A stretch of DNA of 64,000 bases from an uncultured Candidatus Saccharibacteria bacterium (GCA_964479955.1 CAYZNK010000003.1:2329-66328), one strand, 5' to 3'. Positions 25,039 to 34,258 are shown, counted from the stretch's first letter. Translations and numbers: made by a program. Notes: a model not told the origin generated them from the letters alone.

Positions 25039-25111
25039 TGGGCGGTATAGGATTCGAACCTATGACCCTTTACACGTCAAGTAAATGCTCTACCAACTGA
25101 GCTAACCGCCC
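25039..25111 (-). tRNA. tRNA-Val(GAC)
   Basis: Acceptor gggcggt/accgccc, loop ttGACgt, T-arm atagg-ttcgaat-cctat. Confidence 0.85.
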
Positions 25112-25129
25112 TTTTAAAATTTTGCTATG

Positions 25130-25201
25130 TGGTCCTGGCAGGGATCGAACCTGCGACGGCCGTCTTATAAGGGCGGTGCTCTACCACTGAGCTACAGGAC
25201 C
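25130..25201 (-). tRNA. tRNA-Ile(TAT) (AUA decoder)
   Basis: Acceptor ggtcctg/caggacc, D-arm gctc-agtggta-gagc, anticodon stem ccgcc/gacgg (one C-A mismatch), loop ctTATaa, T-arm gcagg-ttcgatc-cctgc. Confidence 0.7.
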
Positions 25202-25231
25202 GTGTCTGTTATAAAAACAGACAATAGCCAA

Positions 25232-27073
25232 TTATCTGGCTTTTATGATTTTTTCAAAATCTTCCCTTTCTATAATCTCTTTTTCTATTAAATTTTTAGC
25301 CAGTTTGTCAAGCAAATTTTTGTGTTTTTGCAAAATTAATTCGGAATTTTTTTGACAATTTCTGATAATGACTTCAACTTCTTGGTCGATTTTTTCAGCG
25401 ATTTTTTCAGAATAATTCCTTTGCTCAGAAATTCCTTTTCCCAAAAATACCAGCTCGTCTTTTTCTCCAAATGAAATCGGTCCCAATGAAGACATTCCAA
25501 ATTCTTTGACCAGCTTTCTTGCCAGCTCCGAAGCTCTTGATAAATCGTTTGAAGCCCCCGTTGTTATTTCTTCAAATTTTATTTTTTCAGCAGAATAACC
25601 GCCAAGCAATATTGATATTTCAGATAAAAATGCTGTCTTGGTTTTCATCTTTCTTTCTTCCGAAGATACCTGTAAAGTATAACCTGCGGCCATTCCCCTG
25701 GCAATAATTGAAATTTTTCTTACTGGCTCAGACTGCGGGGAAAATGTTGAAACCAATGCGTGTCCTGCTTCATGGTAGGCAGCAATCTCCTTTTCTTTTT
25801 TAGACAGAATATGGGATTTTCTTTCAGGACCAAGCATAACTTTTTCAATAGCTTCCAAAAAATCTTTTTGAAAAATCTGAGTTTTATTTTCTCTGGCCGC
25901 CAACAGAGCTGCTTCGTTTGCAATATTAGCCAAATCAGCTCCCGAGAACCCTGGAGTTCTTTCTGCTATTTCTTTAAAATTTATGTTTTCTGCCAAGGGT
26001 TTTCCTTTAGCGTGGATTTTTAGGACTTCTTCCCTGTCATGGATATCTGGCGGGTCTAAAACAATTTTTCTGTCAAATCTTCCTGGCCTAAGCAAAGCTG
26101 GGTCTAAGATATCCCCCCTGTTGGTGGCGGCCATTATTATCACATTTGTTTCTCTTTCAAATCCGTCCATTTCCACTAATATCTGATTCAGCGTTTGTTC
26201 TCTTTCATCGTGTCCTCCGCCAATTCCAGAACCTCTGTGCCTTCCTATTGCATCAAGCTCGTCAATAAAAATTATTGAAGGGGCTGATTTTTTTGCCATG
26301 GAAAACAAATCTCTTACGCGGGCAGAACCAACGCCAACAAACATTTCAACAAATTCTGAGCCAGAAATTGAAAAGAACGGCACGTTGGCCTCGCCTGCAA
26401 CAGCTCTTGCCAGTAAAGTTTTTCCTATTCCCGCAGACCCCAAAAGCAAAACCCCTCTTGGAATCTTTGCTCCCATTTGCAGATACTTTTTAGGAAACTT
26501 CAAAAAGTCAACAATTTCAACTAGCTCTTCCTTTGCCTCTTTAAGGCCGGCGACATCTTTGAAAGTTATTTTTTCTTTCCCATGTCCTTCTGACCCAAAA
26601 ATTCTTGCTTTTGCTTTTGTAAAGTCAAATGCCTGCGTTGCTCCGGTTCTTGCCTGCTTTATCATTATCCAGAAGAAATATCCAAAAACAATTAGGGGTA
26701 ATATTCCAAAAATTAAAATAGGCGTTAGCCATGACCAGACACTTTCTTTTTCTAATTGTATGTCAATTGCAACGTTCTGCAGCTTTTCCTTGTTTACTCC
26801 CAAATTTGTCAGCAGGTCGGTTATGCTTGTGTTTGATTCTTTCATTGAGGAAGCTTTTTTGTCGTCATTGTAAACAATAAAAAGAGAATCTCCTGACACT
26901 GTTATTGTCTTAACTTTGTTTTCATTTATATCGTTCACCAGTTGTGTGGCTGATATTTGTGATACATCTGCGGCAGGATAATAAAGCAAGCTGAAAATTC
27001 CGCCGATTGAAAGGAGTATCAGCACCACAAGTATAAAATTTTTATAAAGCGAAGTGATTTTTGTTTTTTTCAT
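25232..27073 (-). CDS. ftsH: ATP-dependent zinc metalloprotease FtsH
   Basis: Two TM segments, AAA+ Walker A GSAGIGKT, and HEAGHAL zinc motif. The track start at 27109 is TTG; the ATG at 27073 is preferred. Confidence 0.92.
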   Translation of the reverse strand: MKKTKITSLYKNFILVVLILLSIGGIFSLLYYPAADVSQISATQLVNDINENKVKTITVSGDSLFIVYNDDKKASSMKESNTSITDLLTNLGVNKEKLQNVAIDIQLEKESVWSWLTPILIFGILPLIVFGYFFWIMIKQARTGATQAFDFTKAKARIFGSEGHGKEKITFKDVAGLKEAKEELVEIVDFLKFPKKYLQMGAKIPRGVLLLGSAGIGKTLLARAVAGEANVPFFSISGSEFVEMFVGVGSARVRDLFSMAKKSAPSIIFIDELDAIGRHRGSGIGGGHDEREQTLNQILVEMDGFERETNVIIMAATNRGDILDPALLRPGRFDRKIVLDPPDIHDREEVLKIHAKGKPLAENINFKEIAERTPGFSGADLANIANEAALLAARENKTQIFQKDFLEAIEKVMLGPERKSHILSKKEKEIAAYHEAGHALVSTFSPQSEPVRKISIIARGMAAGYTLQVSSEERKMKTKTAFLSEISILLGGYSAEKIKFEEITTGASNDLSRASELARKLVKEFGMSSLGPISFGEKDELVFLGKGISEQRNYSEKIAEKIDQEVEVIIRNCQKNSELILQKHKNLLDKLAKNLIEKEIIEREDFEKIIKAR

Positions 27074-27184
27074 ATAGATAACAATAGCATTATTTTTTGG
27101 ATATTTCAACTATTTTTTAAATCAAAACAAGCAGGCAAAACCCGTTTAAATTCATTTTTTGTGCGTCTTAGTTTATATTTCTGT

Positions 27185-27421
27185 TTACTGGGTTTTCTTT
27201 TTTGAGAAAAAGAAAATATATATTATTTCCAGCAGTCCTGCGGTGTTTATAAAAAGCATTGGAATATACCAATACATATGGTTATTCCTGGCAGCTTTCC
27301 AAAGAGCGATTCCCTTCCAAACAATAGACCATATGGTCAAAAGAACAAATAAGGTTACAAAGCCTCCGGACATAGAAGAAAATCCCATTAAATTCATATA
27401 TTGCTGATAAAATTCTTGCAT
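27185..27421 (-). CDS. Small two-TM membrane protein (DUF5652-like, from memory)
   Basis: 78 aa with WKGIALWKAARNN between hydrophobic segments. Confidence 0.5.
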   Translation of the reverse strand: MQEFYQQYMNLMGFSSMSGGFVTLFVLLTIWSIVWKGIALWKAARNNHMYWYIPMLFINTAGLLEIIYIFFFSKKKTQ

Positions 27422-27426
27422 ATTTT

Positions 27427-27894
27427 TTATTTATTTTTACGAAATAAATTTAAATAGTAGCCTGCGACCCCAAAAGCTACAGAAACATTTAAGGACTCTT
27501 TTTTTCCCTGCATTGGCAAAAAAATAATCCTGTCTGCCTTTTTTAATATTGTTTTTGAAATTCCCTTTACTTCGTTTCCTAAAACCAGAGCCATTGGGAA
27601 ATCGGGTTTGAAATTTTCATAGGAAACAGCATTTTTTTCCTGCTCCAATGCAATAATTTTGATTTTTTGTTTTTTTAATTTATCTATTAGCCGGCCCGTT
27701 TGTTTATAGTGCTCAAACGGGATTGCCTCTTCTGCGCCCAAGGCTGTTTTTGATATCTTGCTATGCGGAGGCTTTCCTGAAATACCGCACAAAAATATTT
27801 TTGAAACACCTATTGCATCTGCTGTCCTGAAAATTGAGCCAATATTTTCCAAACTTCTTATGTTATCGCAAATGACATAAATTTCTCCTTTCAT
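27427..27894 (-). CDS. SpoU/TrmH-family RNA 2'-O-methyltransferase
   Basis: NIGSIFRTADA and LVLGNEVKGIS..SLNVSVA SPOUT motifs. Confidence 0.8.
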   Translation of the reverse strand: MKGEIYVICDNIRSLENIGSIFRTADAIGVSKIFLCGISGKPPHSKISKTALGAEEAIPFEHYKQTGRLIDKLKKQKIKIIALEQEKNAVSYENFKPDFPMALVLGNEVKGISKTILKKADRIIFLPMQGKKESLNVSVAFGVAGYYLNLFRKNK

Positions 27895-27895
27895 T

Positions 27896-28558
27896 TTATA
27901 ATAACCTGAATTTGTTTATCACGAGGCCAAAATCATACCCCAAAAACTGCGCTGCTTTTCTGCAAAATACCATTCTTTCTGTAAAAATTTCAAAATACTC
28001 TATTATTGGGCAGAAATTCGTGTCAATTTTAAGGGTTAGCGTGATTCTTTTTTTATTCCTATCAATTTTTATTTTGCTTTCTCTGGTTGCATAATTTACC
28101 CTGTCATGTATATCTTTTTTGATTTTTTCAATGTTTGTTTCTGTTACTCTTGACCTGTCAACATCGGATTTATCAGCTAAAACAACTATGGCAGAAATAG
28201 CATGAGTGAAGTTCATTTCTTCTTTGTCATGATTTGATATTGCCTGCATTATTGCGGTCATTTCTTCGGGAGAAAATTTTTCCTGGAATACCTGATGAAA
28301 CAGCAAGGCGGCATAATAATAATGATAAGTCCTTGTCATGAAGTTTCCCATATCATGGCAAAATCCTGCGATTGCGGCAAGTTCTCCTTCTCTTTTTGAA
28401 AAGCCAAGGTTTTTTGCAGTCTGCATTGCCCGTTGGGCAACTAAATTAACGTGTCTTAACCCATGATTTGTATAATCTATGGCCATCATTGAGCTTTCGG
28501 TTTGTTTTATAAAGTTTAAAATCTGTGGGTTATTTTTTACATCTTCAAAGCCAAACAT
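27896..28558 (-). CDS. HD-domain phosphohydrolase
   Basis: GLRHVNLVA ... FCHDMGN (H..HD) motifs. Confidence 0.75.
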   Translation of the reverse strand: MFGFEDVKNNPQILNFIKQTESSMMAIDYTNHGLRHVNLVAQRAMQTAKNLGFSKREGELAAIAGFCHDMGNFMTRTYHYYYAALLFHQVFQEKFSPEEMTAIMQAISNHDKEEMNFTHAISAIVVLADKSDVDRSRVTETNIEKIKKDIHDRVNYATRESKIKIDRNKKRITLTLKIDTNFCPIIEYFEIFTERMVFCRKAAQFLGYDFGLVINKFRLL

Positions 28559-28660
28559 AATTTTGTTTAATGTTTTTAATATTCAATAATTCTATAATTT
28601 TTTATGGCACAACGCAAATTATATTAAAAAATACAGGGCATTTTTCCCTGTATTTTTAAT

Positions 28661-28831
28661 TTATCTTTGCTGGTTTCTTGAGCAAGCCGGACAATATTTG
28701 AAAAAATGTCCGTTAATCTTTTCCTTTCTTTCTTCGCTTGCTCTTAAATCTCCTAGCCAGATTTCAAAGTTTGCCGAGCAAACTCCGCACTGTTGGTTTA
28801 ATTGTTTTTCTTTTTTCTTTATTATTCTCAT
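28661..28831 (-). CDS. Small zinc-ribbon protein (56 aa, below the track cutoff)
   Basis: Hand-translated: MRIIKKKEKQLNQQCGVCSANFEIW...FFKYCPACSRNQQR*. The ATG lies 5 nt after the upstream stop, and a hairpin/T-run terminator follows (28628-28660). Confidence 0.4.
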   Translation of the reverse strand: MRIIKKKEKQLNQQCGVCSANFEIWLGDLRASEERKEKINGHFFKYCPACSRNQQR

Positions 28832-28835
28832 AATT

Positions 28836-29174
28836 TTAACAGCAGGATTTTCCAGGCATTAAAAATTCTCTTCTTTCATCATACTCCTGTTTTTTTCCTT
28901 TGTGCCACTGGCCAACCGGCCTTATGTAGCCCACAACTCTTGAATATACTTCACATTTTTGAAAGTTGGTTAATCCTGCATTTTTTGAATAGCATTCATT
29001 GCATTTAAATATGTTTATCTTGGCGCCATTGTAGTCATAGGTGAGGAAAACGCCGTTTTGTATGTCTTGCCCCTCTATTTCTATTGTTTTTCCGCAGTCA
29101 TGGCATTTTGCATCCATTTGTTCTGGCAATTTTTCCCCGACACTTTTATTTTTTGCATTTTGAACAGATTCCAT
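28836..29174 (-). CDS. Stand-alone NrdD C-terminal-like (zinc site + glycyl-radical motif) protein
   Basis: CHDCG...CNEC, then CEVYSRVVGYIRPVGQWHKGKKQEYDERREF, resembling the class III RNR C-terminus (RVxGY). An alternative ATG lies at 29117. Confidence 0.6.
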   Translation of the reverse strand: MESVQNAKNKSVGEKLPEQMDAKCHDCGKTIEIEGQDIQNGVFLTYDYNGAKINIFKCNECYSKNAGLTNFQKCEVYSRVVGYIRPVGQWHKGKKQEYDERREFLMPGKSCC

Positions 29175-29529
29175 AAAAGTTTATTTTATAATTTTTAATT
29201 TTTCCGACCTTTGTTTTTTTATTTTTTATCTTTATCAATTCGTTTCTAATATCAAAAACATCATATACACAGCCGCACTTCTCGCAGATAAAATGAGCAT
29301 GGTCTGAAGTATCTGCGTCAAAATGAACCGCATTTTTTGTTTCAATTGTTTGCAATTCTCCTTTTTGCTCAAAGCTCCCCAAAACCCTGTAAACTGTTCC
29401 CTGGCTTATACAAGGGACTTTTTTTCTTACTTCAATAAGGACGGCCTCTGCAGTAGGGTGGGTTTTTGTGTTTTTAAGATAGTCCATTATTATAAGCTTT
29501 TGGGCAGTGTTTCTTTCTTGTATTGTCAT
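29146..29529 (-). CDS. Fur-family metalloregulator
   Basis: Winged-helix N-terminus (ISQGTVYRVL), HAHFICEKCG..., and a C-terminal CSKC pair. Confidence 0.85.
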   Translation of the reverse strand: MTIQERNTAQKLIIMDYLKNTKTHPTAEAVLIEVRKKVPCISQGTVYRVLGSFEQKGELQTIETKNAVHFDADTSDHAHFICEKCGCVYDVFDIRNELIKIKNKKTKVGKIKNYKINFYGICSKCKK

Positions 29530-29556
29530 AAATTATTAATATTAATTCCTAATTAG

Positions 29557-29585
29557 ATTTTATTATTGTTAAGAACTATTGTCAA
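29557..29585 (-). promoter_or_regulatory. Near-consensus promoter for the fur operon (TTGACA-17-TAAAAT on the minus strand)
   Basis: The reverse complement of 29580-29585 is TTGACA and of 29557-29562 is TAAAAT, with a 17-nt spacer. Confidence 0.55.
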
Positions 29586-29607
29586 TCCCCCGTTATCCAC
29601 AGCCATT

Positions 29608-29635
29608 TAAAAATCCCGTTTTGCGCGGGATTTTT
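29608..29635. terminator. Terminator hairpin after tgt
   Basis: atcccg/cgggat stem with a 7-nt loop, flanked by an A-run and a T-run. Confidence 0.6.
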
Positions 29636-29647
29636 AAATGTATATTT

Positions 29648-30781
29648 TTAAATTTGGCCTTTTTTGATTTTTTCTCTTATCTTTTCTATATAAGAATTAA
29701 AAAAATAGAGATTGTGAAAAGTCAGAAACTTTAAAGCTGTTATTTCTTTTGCTCTTAAAAGATGGGAGATATAATTTTTTTTGTAATTTTGACATACATA
29801 ACACATGCAGTTTTCATCTAAGGGCTTTCTGTCTTTTAAAAATTTTGGCTTATTTAAATCCAGTCTCCCCTGGCTTGTAAAGGCAACACCGTGCCTGGCA
29901 TAATGTGTTGGAACAGTGCAGTCAAAAGTGTCAACACCAGATTTTATTATTTTTTCAATGTCTTCTAAATGCCCTATTCCAAGAAGATGTCTGGGTTTTT
30001 TTTCCGGCAATTCTTTTACTGTCCAGTTTATCATATTAACCATTGTTTTTTTGTCATCTCCAAATTCTCCGCCAATTCCAAATCCCTCAAAATCCAAAGA
30101 GCCTATGAACTTTGCGCTTTCTTGTCTTAAGTCTTTAAATTTTCCGCCTTGTACAATTCCATAAAGCGCCTGATTCGTTTTTTTTAATTTTAAGCATACT
30201 TTTGCCCATTTATGGGTTTTTTCCAGAGATTTTTTGGTATATTGGCGGTCTGCCAAGGGCGGCGTGCATTCATCAAAATTAAAAATAATATCTGCCCCAA
30301 GGCTTTCCTGTATTTTTATTGATTCCTTCGGCCCCATAAAAAGTTCTGAACCGTCTACGGGGGATTTAAAATAAACTCCGTCTTCTGTAATTTTAACCCT
30401 GTTGGGCTGAGAATTTTCCTTTATTGATTTTTGATTTGACGACTTTAATATTTTGCCAATTCCGTAGTCTGTTCCAAATCCCAGTGAAAAAACCTGAAAT
30501 CCTCCTGAATCTGTCATTAGCGGCTTTTTCCAATTCATAAATTTATGCAGTCCACCCGATTTTTCAACCAATTTCTCCCCCGGCTTTAAATGCAAATGAA
30601 AAGTATTGCAGATTAAAATTTGTGATTTTGTTTTTTCAACTTCTTCTGATTCTAATGTTTTTATAACGGCTTGAGTTGCAACCGGAACAAGACATGGAGT
30701 TTCTATTACTTTGTGCTCTATTTCCAAAAAGCCAATTCTGGCATTGCTATTTTTTGATTTTTTTGAAATTCTGAATTGCAT
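29648..30781 (-). CDS. tgt: tRNA-guanine transglycosylase
   Basis: TPCLVPVAT, MTDSGGFQVFSL, DCTVPTHYARHG, and the zinc motif CMCYVC. Confidence 0.9.
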   Translation of the reverse strand: MQFRISKKSKNSNARIGFLEIEHKVIETPCLVPVATQAVIKTLESEEVEKTKSQILICNTFHLHLKPGEKLVEKSGGLHKFMNWKKPLMTDSGGFQVFSLGFGTDYGIGKILKSSNQKSIKENSQPNRVKITEDGVYFKSPVDGSELFMGPKESIKIQESLGADIIFNFDECTPPLADRQYTKKSLEKTHKWAKVCLKLKKTNQALYGIVQGGKFKDLRQESAKFIGSLDFEGFGIGGEFGDDKKTMVNMINWTVKELPEKKPRHLLGIGHLEDIEKIIKSGVDTFDCTVPTHYARHGVAFTSQGRLDLNKPKFLKDRKPLDENCMCYVCQNYKKNYISHLLRAKEITALKFLTFHNLYFFNSYIEKIREKIKKGQI

Positions 30782-30820
30782 TATGCGTTTACAATTTAAG
30801 ATTTTTAAAATTCTGCGGTT

Positions 30821-31618
30821 TTACGGCTGAAGTATGTCTTCTGTTCTACCGTTGATTGAAATTACAACCTCATCAATTGTTGGAAACTGTTTTAAGGTTT
30901 CTGTAATCTGAGCCCTTATTGCTGAAACCCGGCAAGACCCCCCAACGCCGCTTTCTAATTGTTCGTCAAAATCAACATAAGCTATTCCATCTTTGATTGC
31001 AAGGCTTTTCATTTTTACTCCCTGGTTGATGTTTGTAAAAAATCCGTCTGTTTGCTCTGACTGTGTGGGTCCTTTTAAAAGCTCTTGTATTGCCGAGGAC
31101 CCAACAGCCTCTATTTTAAGTATTTCCCTCTCAGCTGGGAAAACTTTGCTGCAGGAAATCTCCGGGTCTAATTTATTGTTGTTAAAATAAACCTTAATAT
31201 TCATCATTCCGGTTGGCTTTAGTGTGACAGGAAATTTTATTTCTTTATCGTATTCTGGAAGGCCCGAGGGATTGTCTTTTGCAAAAATTAAATATCCCTT
31301 GCCCTCTGTTTTTGTTGCAAAGCTAAGCTGAACTGTAAAATCAACATAGTCTTCTGTCATCCAGTCAGACTGTGCCTTAGCATAAGAGGTTCCTAAAACA
31401 TTTCCTGCTTGGTCTGTAATTTTAACGGGAAAACTTGCTTCAAAAAAATATGTTCCCTTTGCCCTGCCTTCAATTATAAGGGGGCTTGTTACTTCTTGGT
31501 TTTCTGTTAAGTTATAAATTTCTACGTCTTTGCTTTCTTTTTTAAAAAAAATCAGAGCAGAAGCCAGTATTATAATTATTATTGCTAAAACTATTATGAG
31601 CCAAATTTGTTTTTTCAT
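30821..31618 (-). CDS. Secreted Ig-like (Gmad2-type) + GerMN domain protein
   Basis: N-terminal TM segment. C-terminal AIQELLKGPT..GFFT.I..GVK..S..I.DGIAYVDF is GerMN-like. Confidence 0.55.
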   Translation of the reverse strand: MKKQIWLIIVLAIIIIILASALIFFKKESKDVEIYNLTENQEVTSPLIIEGRAKGTYFFEASFPVKITDQAGNVLGTSYAKAQSDWMTEDYVDFTVQLSFATKTEGKGYLIFAKDNPSGLPEYDKEIKFPVTLKPTGMMNIKVYFNNNKLDPEISCSKVFPAEREILKIEAVGSSAIQELLKGPTQSEQTDGFFTNINQGVKMKSLAIKDGIAYVDFDEQLESGVGGSCRVSAIRAQITETLKQFPTIDEVVISINGRTEDILQP

Positions 31619-31748
31619 ATAATTTTGATAAATTATTAATTTTTATAACTAATAAACACGATTCGTAAAATATTGACAATAATTCTTAAATATGATATGA
31701 TAAATATATAGACTCAATTTGCACATTTCCAATTGAAGGGGATAAGGG

Positions 31749-32069
31749 ATGAGATACGTTTTTCACGAAGAGGGCGTAGATTTATCTTATTGCGAGATAG
31801 ATTGCGCAGAACTGTCTGACGAAGAAGTTTGGCAATTGGTGCTGAGTTTCTTTAGAAAGCTTGACCCGCCAAGTAACGATTATCTGTGGATTAGGTGGAA
31901 GGACGACATCCTTAAATCTTACTATCCGCAACCAGTGCTTTGTGAAGGGTGTTTGGATATTCACCTTGACCGCGGGAAGCTTATAATACGCACCCACCAT
32001 AATAGGTGTGACCAGGGCGTACTCGATCGTTTCAAGAAAGCAGTTGAGCAAATCCTCGGAAACCCGTAG
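31749..32069 (+). CDS. Hypothetical protein (G+C-richer islet)
   Basis: 106-aa ORF preceded by a purine-rich gaaggggataaggg. No family recognised. Confidence 0.45.
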   Translation: MRYVFHEEGVDLSYCEIDCAELSDEEVWQLVLSFFRKLDPPSNDYLWIRWKDDILKSYYPQPVLCEGCLDIHLDRGKLIIRTHHNRCDQGVLDRFKKAVEQILGNP

Positions 32070-32097
32070 GCAGCTATGCTGCAAGGAGAGAAAATTT

Positions 32098-32340
32098 ATG
32101 TTGCGATTTGAGCCAAGGATCTGTTCTGGCCAAGAAGATGAAGCTTTTGCTAAAACCTGTCGAGTTTGTCTTGCCAAAATCAAGCAAGGCGATGAAGTGG
32201 TGAAACTTTACAGGGGCAAATATCGTCATTTTCAATGCAAAAAGCCACCGAGAACCAACGAATTGAAATTACCCGTAGGTCTACCCCATGATTATTCACA
32301 CGGCGGCAGAGTAATCAGAAAAGGAGAAACTTTCTCTTGA
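32098..32340 (+). CDS. Hypothetical Cys-rich small protein (G+C-richer islet)
   Basis: 80 aa starting at an internal ATG with a canonical SD aaggaga 8 nt upstream. CSG..CRVC..HFQC residues. Confidence 0.5.
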   Translation: MLRFEPRICSGQEDEAFAKTCRVCLAKIKQGDEVVKLYRGKYRHFQCKKPPRTNELKLPVGLPHDYSHGGRVIRKGETFS

Positions 32341-32356
32341 AGCTAATCTGGATATG

Positions 32357-32392
32357 CCCCGCGATTGTAATTCGCAATCGTCGGGGTTTTTT
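32357..32392 (+). terminator. Rho-independent terminator
   Basis: ccccgcgattg/caatcg(t)cgggg stem followed by TTTTTT. Confidence 0.7.
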
Positions 32393-32572
32393 GTTACAAA
32401 TTTTCAAATTGCTTAATATTTGCTACTTAATACAAATTTCAAATGGGAGTTTGCTGTTTTCATTATTACAGGAAAGCTTCAAAAAGAAAAGAGAAGGTAG
32501 GTCGCATTTCTATTGCATTTTTGGCAAAAATAGCGTAAAATTAAAAATTATTACAAAGCATCAGAATTGAAA

Positions 32573-33307
32573 ATGGAAGAAATTTCATTGAAAGCCCAGC
32601 AAATATTCAGCATAGGAAATTTTGAGGTAACCAACTCTTTTTTTTTAACGTTGGTTGTTTGTTTTGTTCTTTTAGCTTTTGCAATTTTGATAAATAGAAA
32701 GATTAAAACAATTCCCGGGAGAATTCAGTCTGCGGTTGAATTGGGAATAGAAGGTTTTTTGGGATTGATGCAGACAACCCTTGGAAATAGAGAAAACGCA
32801 AAAAAATATTTCCCTTTGGTTGCCACGATTTTCATTTTTATAATGATATGCAACTGGTTTGGACTGTTGCCCGGAGTTGGTTCGGCCTGGATAGAGCATA
32901 ACGGCCATGAAGTTCCGCTTTTCCGCTCCCCTGCCGCTGACCTTAATTTTACTTTGGCGTTTGCTGTAATATCTGTAATAGTGACAAATATAATAGGAAT
33001 GACAGCTGCCGGATTTTTTAACCACCTTGGAAAATATTTTAACTTCAAGGGACCTATAGATTTTTTTGTTGGAATTTTGGAAATGGTTTCAGAGGTCGCA
33101 AAAATTGTCTCTTTGACATTCAGGTTGTTTGGAAATGTTTTTGCAGGAGAGGTTTTGCTTACGATTGTTTCATTTTTGGCGCCTTATTTTATCCCTTTGC
33201 CTTTTATGTTTTTGGAATTGTTTGTGGGCGCGATTCAGGCATTTATTTTTGCAATGATAACACTGGTTTCAATAAGTCTTTTTACAGCCGAGGGAGGACA
33301 CCACTAA
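32573..33307 (+). CDS. atpB: F0F1 ATP synthase subunit a
   Basis: Polytopic membrane protein with the conserved [10 protein letters not shown] motif. The track start at 32567 is TTG. Confidence 0.9.
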   Translation: MEEISLKAQQIFSIGNFEVTNSFFLTLVVCFVLLAFAILINRKIKTIPGRIQSAVELGIEGFLGLMQTTLGNRENAKKYFPLVATIFIFIMICNWFGLLPGVGSAWIEHNGHEVPLFRSPAADLNFTLAFAVISVIVTNIIGMTAAGFFNHLGKYFNFKGPIDFFVGILEMVSEVAKIVSLTFRLFGNVFAGEVLLTIVSFLAPYFIPLPFMFLELFVGAIQAFIFAMITLVSISLFTAEGGHH

Positions 33308-33445
33308 AATTGAAAATATTAAAATATTATTAAAAGCCTTTTTAAATCTTTTTTCTTAAAATGCCGGATGGTAAACGGCAAAAACTTCCATAAAAAAAAT
33401 ACAAAATAGTTTTTAAGAACTAAGAGCCTAAAAAAGCAAAATAAA

Positions 33446-33676
33446 ATGGAAATAGAAGCAATTAAAGCAATCGCGGTTGCCGCCACAATCAGCTTGGGAA
33501 CAATCTTCCCGGTTATATCAATTGGATGGATTGGCTCTACCGGATTAAAATCAATTGGGAGAAATCCTGAGGCAGCTTCAAAAGTGCAGACAGCCATGAT
33601 TTTGGCTATTGCGTTTGCTGAAGCAGTTGCTATTTACGCATTGGTGGTCGCATTGATTATCAAATTCGTTGCATAG
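33446..33676 (+). CDS. atpE: F0F1 ATP synthase subunit c
   Basis: 76-aa hairpin proteolipid with GRNPEA loop and the carboxylate E in AFAEAVAIY. Confidence 0.9.
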   Translation: MEIEAIKAIAVAATISLGTIFPVISIGWIGSTGLKSIGRNPEAASKVQTAMILAIAFAEAVAIYALVVALIIKFVA

Positions 33677-33748
33677 TTTGAAAATTAACCTGGAACATAA
33701 AAATTATGTTTCAGGATTAGTTTTTAAAATTATTTTACATATCAAAAG

Positions 33749-34258
33749 ATGGAAAACGAATTATTGTTTCAATTAGGGATAAACTGGAAACTTTTTTTAA
33801 GTCAGGCATTTAACTTTGCAATTCTTTTGGGTGCCCTTACTTTTCTTGTTTACAAACCCTTGATTAAATTGCTTGACACAAGAAGCAAAAAAATAAAAGA
33901 AGGCTTAGAAAAAGCACAAGAAGCAGATACAAGGTTAAAAGAAGTTGACAACATAGGAAAGGAAAAAATAAAGGAAGCCGAACAAAAAGGTATTGAGATT
34001 ATAAAATTAACAGAACAAAAAGCTAAAGTTTTGGATAAGGAGATACAGGACAAAGCGGAGCAAAAACAAAAGGAAATAAATGATTTGTTGAGGCAGAATT
34101 TTTTAAAACAGCAGGAAGAAAGCAAAAGCAAAATTTTAGCAGAAGCCGGCGAATTAGTGAAAAAAGCTATTATAAAAACAGTTGAGCTAAAGCCCGAATC
34201 AGTTGATGATGCTCTTATTAAAAAAGCAGTTGACCAATTAAAACATGAAAAGAAATAA
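33749..34258 (+). CDS. atpF: F0F1 ATP synthase subunit b
   Basis: One N-terminal TM segment plus a long charged coiled coil, at the correct position in the operon. Confidence 0.8.
   Translation: MENELLFQLGINWKLFLSQAFNFAILLGALTFLVYKPLIKLLDTRSKKIKEGLEKAQEADTRLKEVDNIGKEKIKEAEQKGIEIIKLTEQKAKVLDKEIQDKAEQKQKEINDLLRQNFLKQQEESKSKILAEAGELVKKAIIKTVELKPESVDDALIKKAVDQLKHEKK

Noticed and set aside
32337-32570. 77-aa ORF upstream of atpB as a possible AtpI or atpZ
   Set aside because: It starts inside the preceding terminator region and its sequence is not membrane-protein-like in the AtpI pattern. Its 3' end overlaps the track's alternative (TTG) atpB start by 4 nt. It is most likely spurious.
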